NCBI GenBank assembly: GCA_951406725.2
Contig: OX597827.1
Coordinates: 60,388,001-60,452,000, forward strand
DNA: 64,000 nucleotides
Source of the DNA: Octopus vulgaris
Lineage: Eukaryota
Reading direction: 5' to 3'
Position numbers and translations under genes: made by a program. This document shows, piece after piece, positions 38,116 through 51,612 of the stretch (its first letter is position 1; each line of letters begins with the position of its first letter). The notes under the pieces are model-generated. The model saw only the letters and a program-made list of their open reading frames with translations, was not told the origin of the DNA and made no database searches.

Positions 38116-38159
<44 letters not shown>

Positions 38160-38160
38160 T

Positions 38161-38540
38161 ATCATCATCATCATCATCATCGTTTAGCGTCTGCTTTCCA
38201 TGCTAGCATGGGTTGGACGGTTCAACTGGGGTCTGGGAAGGATGCACCAGGCCCAGTCTGATCTGGCAAAGTTTCTACGGCTGGATGCCCTTCCTAACGC
38301 CAACCACTCCGTGAGTGTAGTGGGTGTGTTTACATGCCACCAGCACAGGTGCCAGATGAGGCTGGCAAGCGGCCACGATCGGATAGTGCTTTTTACGTGC
38401 CACCGGCACGGGGGCCAGGCAAGACTGGCAGTGCTTTTTACGTGCCACCGGCATGAGGCCAGTCGGGGCCACATTTGGATGGTTCTCTTACTTACCACCA
38501 GCACTGGTATCACAGCTGCAATTTCCATTGATGTTGATCG
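38161..38540 (-). mobile_element. RTE LINE 3' end, tail-to-tail with the previous copy
   Basis: Family consensus. Confidence 0.8.
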
Positions 38541-38597
38541 ATTATACGTATATATACATTTATATTATGTATATTATGTATATATATATATTATGTA

Positions 38598-38644
<47 letters not shown>

Positions 38645-38656
38645 TATGTATACATT

Positions 38657-38695
<39 letters not shown>

Positions 38696-38697
38696 AC

Positions 38698-38745
<48 letters not shown>

Positions 38746-38789
38746 ATATGTATATATATATATCATCATCATCATCATCGTTTAACATA

Positions 38790-39575
38790 TCATCATCGTT
38801 TAACATCCGTTTTCCGTGCTAGCACGGGTTGGACGGTTTGACCGGGGTCTGGGAAGCCAGGGGCTGCACCAGGCTCCAGTCTGATCTGGCAGAGTTTCTA
38901 CAGTTGGATGCCCTTCCTAATGCCAACCACTCCGCGAGTGTAGTGGGTGCTTTCTACGTGCCACCTGCACAGGTGCCAGGGGGGTCCGGCATCGGCCACG
39001 ATCGGTTGGAGCTTTTAACGTGCCACGTTCGGATGGTGCTTTTTATGTGCCACCAGCACAGAAGCCAGTCGGGGCGGCGCTGGCATCGGCCACATTTGGA
39101 TGGTGCTTTTTATGTGCTACCGGCACAGGAGCCAGTCAAGGCAGCGCTGGCAACGGCCACGTTCGGATGGTGCTTTTTATGTGCCACCGGCACAGGTATC
39201 ACAACTACTATTTCCATTGATATTTATTTCGATGTTCATGTTCATGTACTTGACTCAACAGGTCTCCTCAAGCACAACGGGATGTTCTGGAATCCAGGGT
39301 ACTTTGAATGGGCAGGGGCTATGCGGAACTGGTGCAGGAAGCAGCCCGGGTCTTTGCAGTCACAGCATATCTCCAGAGATCGCGGTCCTTCGCCATTGCC
39401 TCAGTGAGGCCCAACGCTCTGAGGTCATGCTTGACTACCTCATCCCATGTCTTCCTGGGTCTACCTCTCCCCCTGATACCTTCAACTGTTTGGGAGTGGC
39501 ACTTCTTCACAGATCTCTCCTCATCCATCCGCAGTACATGACCATACCATCGCAAGCGTCGCTCTTGCACACCAC
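38790..39575 (-). mobile_element. 5'-truncated RTE LINE: ORF C-terminus plus 3' UTR
   Basis: [20 protein letters not shown]...RGRGRPRKTW...DRDLWR runs directly into the (GAT)n-tailed 3' sequence. This identifies that abundant repeat as a LINE 3' end. Confidence 0.9.
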
Positions 39576-39739
39576 ATATTTATATATACGTATATATATG
39601 TATTATGTATATATGTATATATATATATGTATATATTTATATACACCTATATATATATATATCATCATCATCATCATCGTTTAACGTCCGTTCTATATGT
39701 ATATATATATATATATATATGTATATATTTATATATACG

Positions 39740-39778
<39 letters not shown>

Positions 39779-39917
39779 ATATGTGTGTATATATATATAT
39801 GTATATATTTATATATACATATATATATGTATGTACATATATATATATGTATATATTTATATATACATATATATGTATATATTTATATATACATATATAT
39901 GTATATACGTATATATG

Positions 39918-39948
<31 letters not shown>

Positions 39949-39952
39949 CGTA

Positions 39953-39989
<37 letters not shown>

Positions 39990-39992
<3 letters not shown>

Positions 39993-40400
39993 ACTTATAA
40001 ACAAGAGCAAAAGAAAAGAACTTCTAATGCCAAATATGCCGAAAACAGACACATCATTAATAACCATATAATTCATCACGAGGTGTGCTGGAGAATTTCT
40101 ATTTTGGATATATTTGGGGTACTTAATTGTGCTCATGACTTAGTGTGTTGCTTCTTCCATGTGTATAAGTAAGTATTTCATTTATTACTTTGCTGCATTT
40201 ATCACTGACGAAGAGAAGGTTCTTATGAATTAACTCTGAAATCAGGTCCGATATGATAATAACGGAATTTTTAGTCATTTCTGCCGGCTTTCTTCGAGAC
40301 GCGTGCTTATAGTGATGTATTATATGGTTATTGACAATGTGTCTGTTTTCAGCATATTTGGCATTAGAATTTTCTTTCTTTTGCTCTTGTTTATAAGTTG
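39990..40400. repeat. Inverted repeat (about 90-bp arms) enclosing a hammerhead-like motif; Penelope-like remnant
   Basis: Arms 39990-40079 and 40312-40400. Motif atca-CTGACGA-agag...ctct-GAAA-tcagg-TC-cgat at about 40201-40252. Confidence 0.7.
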
Positions 40401-40478
40401 TTTATAAATTTAACCTTTAAGGTATTCTTTAATATGCTGGCCATTGATAGTTTTTTCGAAAACTTTTATCCTATGTTA

Positions 40479-40553
<75 letters not shown>

Positions 40554-40724
40554 AGCACTAAGAGCACCATCTGAGCGTGATCGTTGCCAGAGCAGCTAGA
40601 TGGTAGATATACATGTATATATATATATATATGTGTATATATATATATATATATGAATATATACATATATATATATATGAATATATACATATATACATAC
40701 ATATGAATATATACATACATATGA

Positions 40725-40766
<42 letters not shown>

Positions 40767-40767
40767 G

Positions 40768-40801
<34 letters not shown>

Positions 40802-41604
40802 TACACATATGTATATATATACAGGGTGTACAAAGAACAATAAGGATTACGTTAGGATACATTTGAAATACTTAGTATATATATGTTTACTATGTGTGTA
40901 TATAATAAAAATGTCTATATATTCTCAATACCTTGCCAATAGTCCTCAAACAACTATGAAGCATAGATCTGTCAGTGATCTGAGAAGAAGTAGAGAAATT
41001 TTTATCTTAGAATGCATATCAAAGCGGGAAAAGCAAAGAAGGGTAGTTCTATCCAACTCACTCCTTCATCAGGAATGATTTTAGAAACTGGACCAGGATG
41101 TAAGTCACAAATAAGTATTATCAGTAATGGGAGTGCTACATGTTAGTCACAGCTTCTAACTGAAACTGTTAATAGAATATATATGCATATATAGGTGCAG
41201 GACATCACCAATGGTACAAATAACATTCACACGAGAGATAAATACAGGACGTGGACAGTTCTTATAGGAGAAAAATGAGTGAAATATGTAAACAATGAGA
41301 AAAAAATGGAAAACAGGACAAGTTAACAGAGAAAAAGGACCCTTCATCAGTTGTCAGCTGTCTATCTACTCCTCATTTCGAGCATTCAAACGACAATATG
41401 AGTCTTGAAAAACAGTAGCTCCCGTAAATTCTAAAATAAAATTTAGGATTTATGGAGGGTCAAAGTTGGGAACAAAAAAATAACAGTGGAGACATACAAA
41501 GAAACTGAACGAAAATAGACATGCAGAGTCGTTAGACTAGAATGAAAGGAGAATAGTGAATGCTGGGAGAGACATTTTTTGAAAAGAGAAAAGATAGAAG
41601 AGAG

Positions 41605-41752
41605 TAGTTGGTGTTAGGAAGGGCATCCAGCCATAGAAAACCGTACCAAATCAGACTGGATCCTGGTGCACAATTCCAGCATGCCAGTTCAGTCAAACTG
41701 TCCAAACCATGCCAGCATGGACAGCGGACGTTAAATGATGATGATAGTGATG
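41605..41752 (+). mobile_element. RTE LINE 3' end
   Basis: Family consensus. Confidence 0.65.
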
Positions 41753-41771
41753 ATATATATATATGTGTATG

Positions 41772-41808
<37 letters not shown>

Positions 41809-41810
41809 AC

Positions 41811-41853
<43 letters not shown>

Positions 41854-41856
<3 letters not shown>

Positions 41857-43084
41857 GGGTTGGACAAAACAATGGAAACATCTTAAAATTTCCAACAAAT
41901 TTATTTTATTATGGGGTAGGACCACCTTTGGCAGTAATTGCTGCTTGAATTCTATGAAATATGGACTCGTACAAAGTTTGAATTGTTTCCAAAAGTAGTT
42001 TTGTTCATTCTTCAGCTAAAACAGTCTCCAGTTCTTGTAGTGATGATGGTGGAGGATATTGACTCCATACTTGTTTTTCAAAAATACACCATAATGTTCA
42101 ATAATATTGAGATCTAGGGACTGCGGTGGCCAGACAAGATGTTCAACTTCACTAGAACATTCCTCGTGCCATTCAGTAACAACTTTTGCTGTGTGAATTG
42201 GTGCATTATCATCCTGAGAGATTGCGTTTCCCTCCAGAAACAGTTCCACAACCATAGGATGAATTTGATCAGATAAAATGCTTAGTCTTGACTATTAATT
42301 CTGCCATGAAGGAAAACCATTGGGTTAGCAAATTTCCAAGATATAGCCCCCCCCCCATTCGCACAGATCCTCCTCTGTGTTTAACAGCTGGAAGAAGGCA
42401 GTCTGGATCAAATGCTTCTTCTGGCTGTCTCCACACATATACACGACTGGTGGTCAGAAATAAGGTAAAGGATGACTTGTCCAAGAAAATAACATTCTTC
42501 CACTGCTCAAGGGACCAATTCTGTAGGTTTTTACTCCACTCTAAATGCTTTGCAACATTTGTTTTTGAAAGTAGTGGTTTTCTGATTGCAGCCCTCCCAT
42601 GAAATCTGGCTTTGTGCAACTCCCAGCAAACAGTTTTTGTGGAAACTGGGTTCTCAATGTGGTCATTAAGCTCTGCAGTAATTTTGGGAGCTGTATTTTT
42701 GTGATCCTTTCTAACAATTCACTTAAGAGACTGACGGTTCCTATCTGAAAGTTTTGGTTTTCTTCTGGAATTTTGTTGCGATGAGGAGGTTTTTCCCTCT
42801 TTCTCAAAGGCTGTCATCACTTTTGAGACAGTACTGCTTGATACACCAAACATTTCGGCAGTTTTCGTTATGCTAGCACCTGCCATGCGAGCACCAACAA
42901 GTTGCCTTGTCATTTTAATGAATTTTAATTATCTTTTTCTGGTAATATGTGAAAAGAAACAGCAATTTTAGCAAAACATTAAATCAAAAAACATAAAAAT
43001 AAACAAGCATTTGACGGTTTCATAGATATTTCAAAATTATAATGCTATGATGCTAGGTGTTTCCATTATTTTGTCCAACCCCTG
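41854..43084 (-). mobile_element. Tc1-like transposon (DD34E-type), frameshifted
   Basis: TIRs caggggttggacaaaa(c/t)aatggaaaca. Motifs include WKNVIFLDKSSF, QDDNAPIH and WPPQSLDLNIIEH. Confidence 0.92.
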
Positions 43085-43091
43085 TATATAT

Positions 43092-43151
<60 letters not shown>

Positions 43152-43324
43152 AAAAATATATATATATATATACATATATTAAAAAAAAATATATATATAT
43201 ACATAAAAAAATATATATATATATATACATATATAAAAATATATATATATACATATATAAAAAAATATATATATACATATATAAAAATATATATATATAC
43301 ATATATAAAAAAATATATATATAC

Positions 43325-43357
<33 letters not shown>

Positions 43358-43536
43358 AATATATATATATACATATATAAAAATATATATATATACATAT
43401 ATAAATATATATATATTGTTATATTTCGGAATGGTCATATTGCCAGTTTAGCCAATAAAAACACACGCACTATATATTTGGTGTTATTTTGCTTCAGTGT
43501 TATTTATAAAAAATCTTGCACAACAAATATTTAAAC

Positions 43537-43612
<76 letters not shown>

Positions 43613-43660
43613 TAAATATATATAAATAAATACATATATATATAAATACATATACATATA

Positions 43661-43990
43661 CAGTGGGGGGAAATAAATATTCGTACATGTCAAAATTCTT
43701 TATTTATTTAATTTCTAATGAACATAAATGGGATATACCAAAACTATATTTGCATACACATGCATAAACTAAGAATATGCAAAAGAAACTAATAAATTAT
43801 AGTAACTAATGAATTTATATACAATTATAAATATTTAGGGGTGAAAAAAGTATTTGTACAGAATAAATGTATGATTTTCTATGCCATAAAATACTGTTAA
43901 AATAATTTTTTTACTAGAACTTTCTCGTTTGTTCCAATAATCTTATCAGTTGTCATTTTTAAGTGTCAAAACGCTAGCTTCTTCATTCAG
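43661..43990 (+). mobile_element. End fragment of an IR/DR-type Tc1-like element
   Basis: TA-cagtggggggaaataaatattcgtaca, with an inner repeat gggtgaaaaaagtatttgtaca about 180 bp inside. Confidence 0.5.
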
Positions 43991-43999
43991 CACTGAGAC

Positions 44000-44154
44000 A
44001 ACATATATAATGCATGTGTATATACATATATATATATATATGGTATGTATATACATATATATATACATATATATATGTATATATAAATATATACACATGC
44101 ATACATATTTGTATCTGCCTGTATGTATATACATACATACATGTGTATTTGTGA

Positions 44155-44203
<49 letters not shown>

Positions 44204-44387
44204 TATACATATATATAGATACATACATGTGTATTTGTGAATATAATATATATATATACATGTATTATATATATATATATAAATTTATATATATACATAT
44301 ATATATATCAATTTATACATATCTAAATATACGTGTGTGGATATATATATATATATAATGTATGTGTATATACATATAGTGTATGTG

Positions 44388-44422
<35 letters not shown>

Positions 44423-44564
44423 ACATGCATACATATTTGTATCTGTCTGTATGTATATACATACATACATGAGTATTTGTGAATACATATATATATATAC
44501 ACACACATATACATATATATAGATACTTACATGTGTATTTGTGAATATAATATATATATACATG

Positions 44565-44616
<52 letters not shown>

Positions 44617-44666
44617 TTATATATATACATATATATATCAATTTATACATGTATATCTAAATATAC

Positions 44667-44701
<35 letters not shown>

Positions 44702-44820
44702 AACACATGCATACATATTTGTATCTGTCGGTATGTATGTATGTGTATGTATATATATATATATATATATATATACATACATACATACATGTGTATTTGT
44801 GAATATATATATAGAGAGAG
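44000..44820. repeat. Tandemly duplicated compound (TA/CA) microsatellite block
   Basis: catgcatacatatttgtatctg recurs near 44096, 44424 and 44706. Confidence 0.75.
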
Positions 44821-44854
44821 AGATGATGATGATGATATATATATATACACACAT

Positions 44855-45690
44855 AAAATCAAATGGAAATTGTAGTTGTGGTCACCGTGCTGGTGGCACA
44901 TAAAAAGCATCGTTCAATTGTGGTCGATGCCAGCCCTCTGTGGCCCCTGTGCTAGTGGCATGTAAAATGCACCCATTACATTCTTGGAGTGGTTGGCATT
45001 AGGAAGGACATCCAGCTGTAGAAATACTGCCAGGTCAGACTAGAGCCTGGTGCAGCCTCCTGGCTTCCCAGACCCCAGTCAAAACGTCCAGCCTATGCAT
45101 GCCAGCATGGAAAACAGATATTAAACAATGATGATAATGATGTGTATATACACATATATATATATATATTTTATATCATCATCATCATTTAACGTCTGCT
45201 TTCCATGCTAGCATGGGTTGGACGATTTTGACTGAGGGTTGGCGAGCCAGATGGCTGCAGCAGGCTCCAATCTTGATCAGGCAGAGTTTCTACAGCTGGA
45301 TGCCCTTCCTAATGCCAACCACTCCAAGAGTGTAGTGGGTGCTTTTTACATACCACCGGCACGGGGGCCGGTAAGGCAGTACTGGCAATGACCTCGCTCG
45401 AATCTTTTTACACATGCCACCAGCACAGGTTCCAGTGAAGCGATGTTGGTAGCGATCACGCTCGAATGGTGCCCTTGTACGTGCCACGGGTACAGAAGCC
45501 AGTTGGCTGCTCTGGCAACGACCACGCTCGGATGGTGCTCTTGGCACCCGACTAGCACAGGCATGAGTGCCTGTAAGGCGACGCTGGTAACGATCATACT
45601 TGAATAGCCGCTCTGTCAATGATCACACTCATATGGTGCTCTTTGCACCCCGCTAGCACAGATGCCAGTCATCAAATTGATTTTGATTTT
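44855..45690. mobile_element. Tail-to-tail pair of RTE LINE 3' ends
   Basis: Copies at 44855-45142 (+) and 45175-45690 (-). Confidence 0.75.
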
Positions 45691-45695
45691 GATTA

Positions 45696-45734
<39 letters not shown>

Positions 45735-45797
45735 CATATATGTGTGTATGTATATAGATTGCCAACATGGAAAGCAGACTTTAAATGATGATGACGA

Positions 45798-45831
<34 letters not shown>

Positions 45832-45903
45832 AATAGACTCTTATATATACATATGTTTGTATATATACTCACACAGACACACACACATACATATATATAT
45901 ATA

Positions 45904-46083
45904 TTTTCTTTTTGTTGTGTTCTTTCAGTTCAACCCTTGAAATATATAAATATATATATATCATCATCATCATCATCATCATTTAGCATGGAAAGCGGAC
46001 GCTAAATGATGATGATGATGATGATATATATATATATTTATATATTTCAAGGGTTGAACTGAAAGAACACAACAAAAAGAAAA
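45904..46083. repeat. Near-perfect inverted duplication centred on a tiny LINE tail
   Basis: Arms of about 84 bp around a 13-nt spacer atggaaagcggac. Confidence 0.9.
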
Positions 46084-46306
46084 ATTAGGCAAAAACAAAG
46101 CAAATGGAAAATTAGACTAAAACATGATACACTAACATTTCACACCTGATTTTCTCGTCAGTCACTGACCAAGAAATCCTAGTGGTTTCATGCTTTTTAC
46201 ATCAACAGATATATATGTGTGTATGTATGTATGTATGTACCTACGTATCTATGCTTGTATGTATACACACACATATATACACACACATATATATACATAT
46301 ACAAAT

Positions 46307-46355
<49 letters not shown>

Positions 46356-46390
46356 CATACATTTGTATATTAACATACAAATATATATAT

Positions 46391-46736
46391 ATATCTATTA
46401 TATAAAATCTGTTCTGTCTGTCTGTGTGTATGTCTTCTAGGATCTCAGGCATCCTCCATCCGATTGCGCTCAAATTTGATATGTAGATACCGATGGTATC
46501 AGCGCATGTATAAGTCTTGAAAATATTACAAAAATCGATTCCAGGTGAGAATGCAATCAATAAAGCTGTGGGAACGTGCATTTGTATGCGCAAGTGCATC
46601 AGCTGTTGCGATCGAAACTACGCGTGAGAAAATTGCACGCTGTCTCAAATTTAGGTTAAATCAAGTGTTTCTCAAAGGGGCGGCCTATGGGACAGTCAGC
46701 ACCGTCCATTGGATGGGGGGGGGCGTTTTGCTCGTA
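46391..46736 (+). mobile_element. Non-autonomous Helitron-like element
   Basis: 5' atctattatataaaa followed by (CTGT)n. 3' hairpin ccgtcc...ggatgg then gctcgt. Confidence 0.5.
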
Positions 46737-47199
46737 TATATACATACAAATATATATATATATATATACATATATACACACATACATTTGTATATAAACA
46801 ATCAAATATATCTATATACATGCATATTCACACACACACACACACACACATACACCCATATATCCAAAAATATTAATAACTGATGCTAAAATAACAATAG
46901 CTTAACACTTAAAGTGATCATTTCTCGTTTGATGAGAATATATTTTTCAATAATTAACAAATAACTATGAAAAATTCCAGCTTCATCAAAGAGCCAACTT
47001 TATGATCAAATACCTTTTCCTGAGTATATTTTACCCATGGCCATATATGCTTTTATAGAAAACTAGAAATGAACAACATTTCTTGTTATGATGATACTCA
47101 TTTATAATCATGTTATGTCAAGGCAAAGGTACACACAGACAGACATGTACATATTCTTAGATGGTGATGATGATGAAAGCATGATTTCGCAAATTTCGC

Positions 47200-47610
47200 T
47201 CATACCTAGGTTAGAGGTATTATGCATGAGAAATGATTTTAGTGAAATTTTGACTTATGTAAGAGACTGCACCAGGTAAAAACCTTATGCTTTTGATATT
47301 TGTGAGAAATTAATCATCCACAGTCACAAAAAAAAGACCATATTGTAAAAACACAAAGAAAAACACAGTAGTAAAAAGTGATACAAAAACATGCTAAGTT
47401 TTACCTCTTTGAATTTTGTGATTTAGTATTCAAATGAAATATAGAAAAGCACAAAGAAGTTCATATGAGGGGAAAATCTTTTAAAACTGGAATTGTTGGA
47501 ATCATATTTTCTGAAAGATCCAGCAGGAAATTCTTGGATTCTATAGCAAAGACACAGAATAGTTGTGTCAGGAACAGATTACGCAAAGCAAGTAATAAGT
47601 ATTGGGCAAA
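47200..47610 (+). pseudogene. Highly decayed C2H2 zinc-finger remnant
   Basis: Remnant peptides KPYAFDICEK, YLFEFCDLVF and KHKEVHMRGKSF. Confidence 0.5.
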
Positions 47611-48041
47611 TATGGAGTGGCTGGCGTTAGGAAGGGCATCTGGCTGTAGAAACACTGCCAGATCAGACTGGAGCCTGGTGCAGCCCCCTGGCTTCCCAGA
47701 CCCCGGTTGAACCGTCCAACCTGTGCTAGCACGGAAAACGGACATTAATCGATGATGATGATGCTTTCGTTTCATCCGGTAATAAGCATAGGTCATGCAG
47801 ACTATTTCAAACTGTTTGTCGACGTCGTCATCGTTTAACATCCTCCTTCCATGCTGGAGCCTGTGTCTGTTTTGGCATGGCTTTTGATGCCCTTCTTAAC
47901 ACCAACCACTCCGTAGAGTGGGCTGAATGCTTTTTACGTGGCACTCACATGGGCAAGGCCAGTTTTGGCACAGTTCTTATAGCTGGATGTCTTTCAAACG
48001 CCAACCCCTTTGCATATTTTAGTAATTAGAGCTAAAGACAC

Positions 48042-48462
48042 GGTACTACTAGCGAACAGTGGTCCCGGTGCGCGCATCCGCGCTAGCTAGTCGTAAGTAG
48101 TCGATCCTACGACTTTTTAACCCTAACCCTAATTGTTTAACCCTAACCCTAAGCTTAGTTTGTTTATAATAATAATTTATTTACTGAGTTTAAAATATTA
48201 TTTATTTTGTTCGAAAAATATTTAATTTGTTTAAAAAAATTATATACATAGTTTTAAAAAATAATTTATTTATTTAGTTTTAAAAAATATTTACTTCGCG
48301 TTTTATTTACTTTGTTCGAAAAATATTATTTAATTTTCTTTGATATGTATTCAGCCTTGAAATACAAACATACGCACAAGTCGTTGTAGGATCGACTACT
48401 TACGACTAGCTAGCGCGGATGCGCGAGTGCGCGCACCGGTACCACTGTTCGCTAGTAGTACC
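48042..48462. mobile_element. MITE with GGTACT termini, about 70-80-bp TIRs and telomere-like repeats (Merlin-like?)
   Basis: ggtactactagcgaacagtggt...accactgttcgctagtagtacc, flanked by taaagacac and taaagacat. Confidence 0.85.
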
Positions 48463-50069
48463 TAAAGACATATGGTTTATGTTTGGGGTTTCGTGAAGGG
48501 ATGTATGTGTACGTGTACTTGCACATAACAGAACAGAATAAGAGAACTAGGAATCCTTATAATATTGATAACAAAGAGTCCACTTCTAACTGGGAGAGTA
48601 GGACCCTCAAAATCGTAGATTTATGGCATCGAGCTCACTTAACATCCCTTTAACGTCCTCAATTGGTCAGAAACAATATATTTTTCAATAATTGATAATA
48701 ATTACAAAAAAATTCCTATGTTGATTGTTGAATCAATTCGATAAAAAGACACAGCTCTGAAACTATGATCAACGTTGTAAATTCAGTCAGATTTTATCTA
48801 GGGTTTATTAAAATTTTTAAAGTTAATATTTCGTACAAATATCGCCAATGTCTGTATGCAGTTTATTATATTCGTCACGTTCTTTTGTGTTAACTATTTA
48901 TGACAAGAAAAGAATGATTCCACTCATCGTCTATCGCTTCAAAGAATCGTTGGCAGATTTTCACTAATTGATGTACACGTAGTTGTGCAATATGCGCTCG
49001 TGGCCTCGAATATGTTTCTATTTGGTATGCATTAGAGTTATTTATGTGAAATAGCAGGCGTTTAAAATTGTCGACTTTTAAGTTGGTATAAAAAAAATAA
49101 TAAAAGACGTTTGCGATTAAAAGCATTTCTCGATACATTTACAAATAAACCAATAAATAAGAGTTAAATTTAGATTTCAAAATGGAAGCTGGAAACCAAG
49201 AAAGATTTTCATCCCACCTCTCTTTACCAAAATCAGATCTTGCCACACAAATTATATGCAGATTTATAAGCCATTTATGAAGAAAAACATCAACAATTTA
49301 AAATCAATCCAAAAACAATAACATTAACAAAAAAAAAAAAAAAGAACGGCCTTCAGATGGCCACACCACATACCGAGATATATGAGCACATTCTTAACAG
49401 AATGGAGGCTGAAGATTCCTGTCCTTCGATGTTAAGAAACTAGACTTTATCATTATGAACAACCTCATGCAGGTGCACTGTTTATCGATCGTGTGAATTA
49501 CTGGAAACACGAAGTGGTGTATAACAACAGAATTGGGTATTTTAAAGGACACATTAAACTGAAAAGCATTTATGGTTTAAACGTATGAATAAAATGATAC
49601 CTATTGATAATACAGAATCTTCGCGACTAAGCACCCACTAAAAGGCATGTAACTAAAAACATCTCCTTCTATAGGCTATAAGCCCCGTCTTGGGTCTTCG
49701 ACTAACGATTCCTCTCACAGGGTCGTAGCAGCTGGGAAATTAAAGTGAGTAGCTGACAGAACGGGTGCACTACTAAAGACTAGCATGATCCTATACGGCA
49801 TCTTCTATCGGAACAGAATTATAATAATAGATGAAGAAAGATGTTAAAAAGGAATAAAATTAAGATTTTCGTTACGTTCTCTTCGGCGTAGAGTGACTTC
49901 CCTTGTCCGCGATAGGCTTAACTAAACGATAATCTGCTGCCCCCTCTATACAAAATTTTATTCTTGGTCGGAACCTTGAATATTGTATTCACATTTTATG
50001 AAATATATATATATCTTTGCTACCCACAAGGGGCTAAACACAGAGGGGGCAAACAAGGACAGACAAACG

Positions 50070-51581
50070 GGTACTTGTCTATTGTCGTGGTCCCGGTTTC
50101 GCACACGCAAATTCGCGCGCGCGCGCGCCAGACGTAGGTACTCGATACTCGAGATCCTACGAGGTGACTTGCGCATGCGCAGTGCAGAATTCGCGCGTGC
50201 GCGTTAAACCCCCCCCCTAAAAAAAAAGGTGTTGGATTTCACTAAAAATATATGTGTGTGTGTGTGTGTGTATATATAACATTTTCAATTTTACACAAAA
50301 AAATTACATAGTCGCTTTCCTCGCGGATTTACAGAGAAATGAATTAATTACTATTTTACAGAATAAAATTAATGAATTAATTATATAAATTAAATAATTC
50401 TTGAAAATTAATTAATATTAATAATATTTTTTGAACAAAGTAAATAATTTATAAAACTTGGTTAATAATTTTTTTTACACAAACGCGAACGTATATAATT
50501 TGTGAAACTTTTTTTTTTTTACAGACGTATATAATTTGGTAAACTTAATGAATTAATTTCTTATCATCATCATCATCGTTTAACGTCCGTTCTCCATGCC
50601 AGCATGGGTTGGACGGTTCGACCGGGGATCTGGGAAGCCAGAAGGCTGCACCAGACTCCAGTCTTATCTGGCAATGTTTCTACAGCTGGATGCCCTTCCT
50701 AACGCCAACCACTCCGAGAGTGTAGTGGGTGCTTTTTACATGCCACCCGCACAGGTGCCAGGCGAGGCTGGCAACGGCCACGGTCGGATTGGTGCCAGTC
50801 GAGGCGGCTCTGGCATCGGCCACGATTCGGATAGTGCTTTTTACGTACCACCAGTCCAGGGGTCCTGGCATTTGCCGGGTGCCACACTTGCCCCAACATG
50901 TCTTCGCAAGCAAAGGGGTTGGCATGGGTGCCTGTCGTGGGATGAGGTTCGATATCAACTTCGCTTGCCTCAACAGGTCTTTGTGTATAAATGTATAAAT
51001 TTTTCGCACTAAATTCTTTCCGTAGAATTTATAAAAAAACGCGCAAAATTATTCCGTAGACTTTATCAAATTAAAAAACGCAAAATTAATATATTTTTTG
51101 AAATTGCAAATTATTTAGAATATAAAACAAATTAAGTTAAATTTTAAAAATAAATGTCATATACTTATACTCTGTAAGGTGCTGTGTTCACACTTCAATT
51201 TACTATTTTCTAGAAATGTTGCTTTTCTAATTGAAACAATTTTTCTCAATCTCCATTTAAAAGTCCATAATGCCTCTTGAGCCATATCAAAATGAACAAC
51301 TTTGAATTACCCGGTGGTGGTGGTGGTGGTGGTGGTGTGAGGTTCTAATTTTTTTCTGATCTCTCTTTGCCCCCTCTTTATCTCAGTTGTTCATTCAGCT
51401 AATATTTAGAAAAATTTTCGCGCCCAATTTTTGTTGTCGCGGGAAAAGATGAACGATTTAAAATAAATATATCTTAATTGTAGTGTGAGAAAGTATATAT
51501 ATTCTGATGACAAAATATATTATCTTTCAAAAACATCCCAAATTTATAGACTATATCGTGTAGGTTTAAGAAATATATATA

Positions 51582-51612
<31 letters not shown>

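Noticed and set aside
41040-41400. Two minus-strand CTGATGAAGG motifs
   Set aside because: No properly placed GAAA or stems could be built. They may be decayed PLE ends but are unsupported.
37264-46883. Many ORFs rich in YIYI/MYVC
   Set aside because: These are translations of (TA)n/(CA)n microsatellites, which lack stop codons; they are not genes.
48540-49600. Possible decayed Penelope-like or other coding remnant (TIYDKKR...)
   Set aside because: The resemblance is too weak to call without a profile search.
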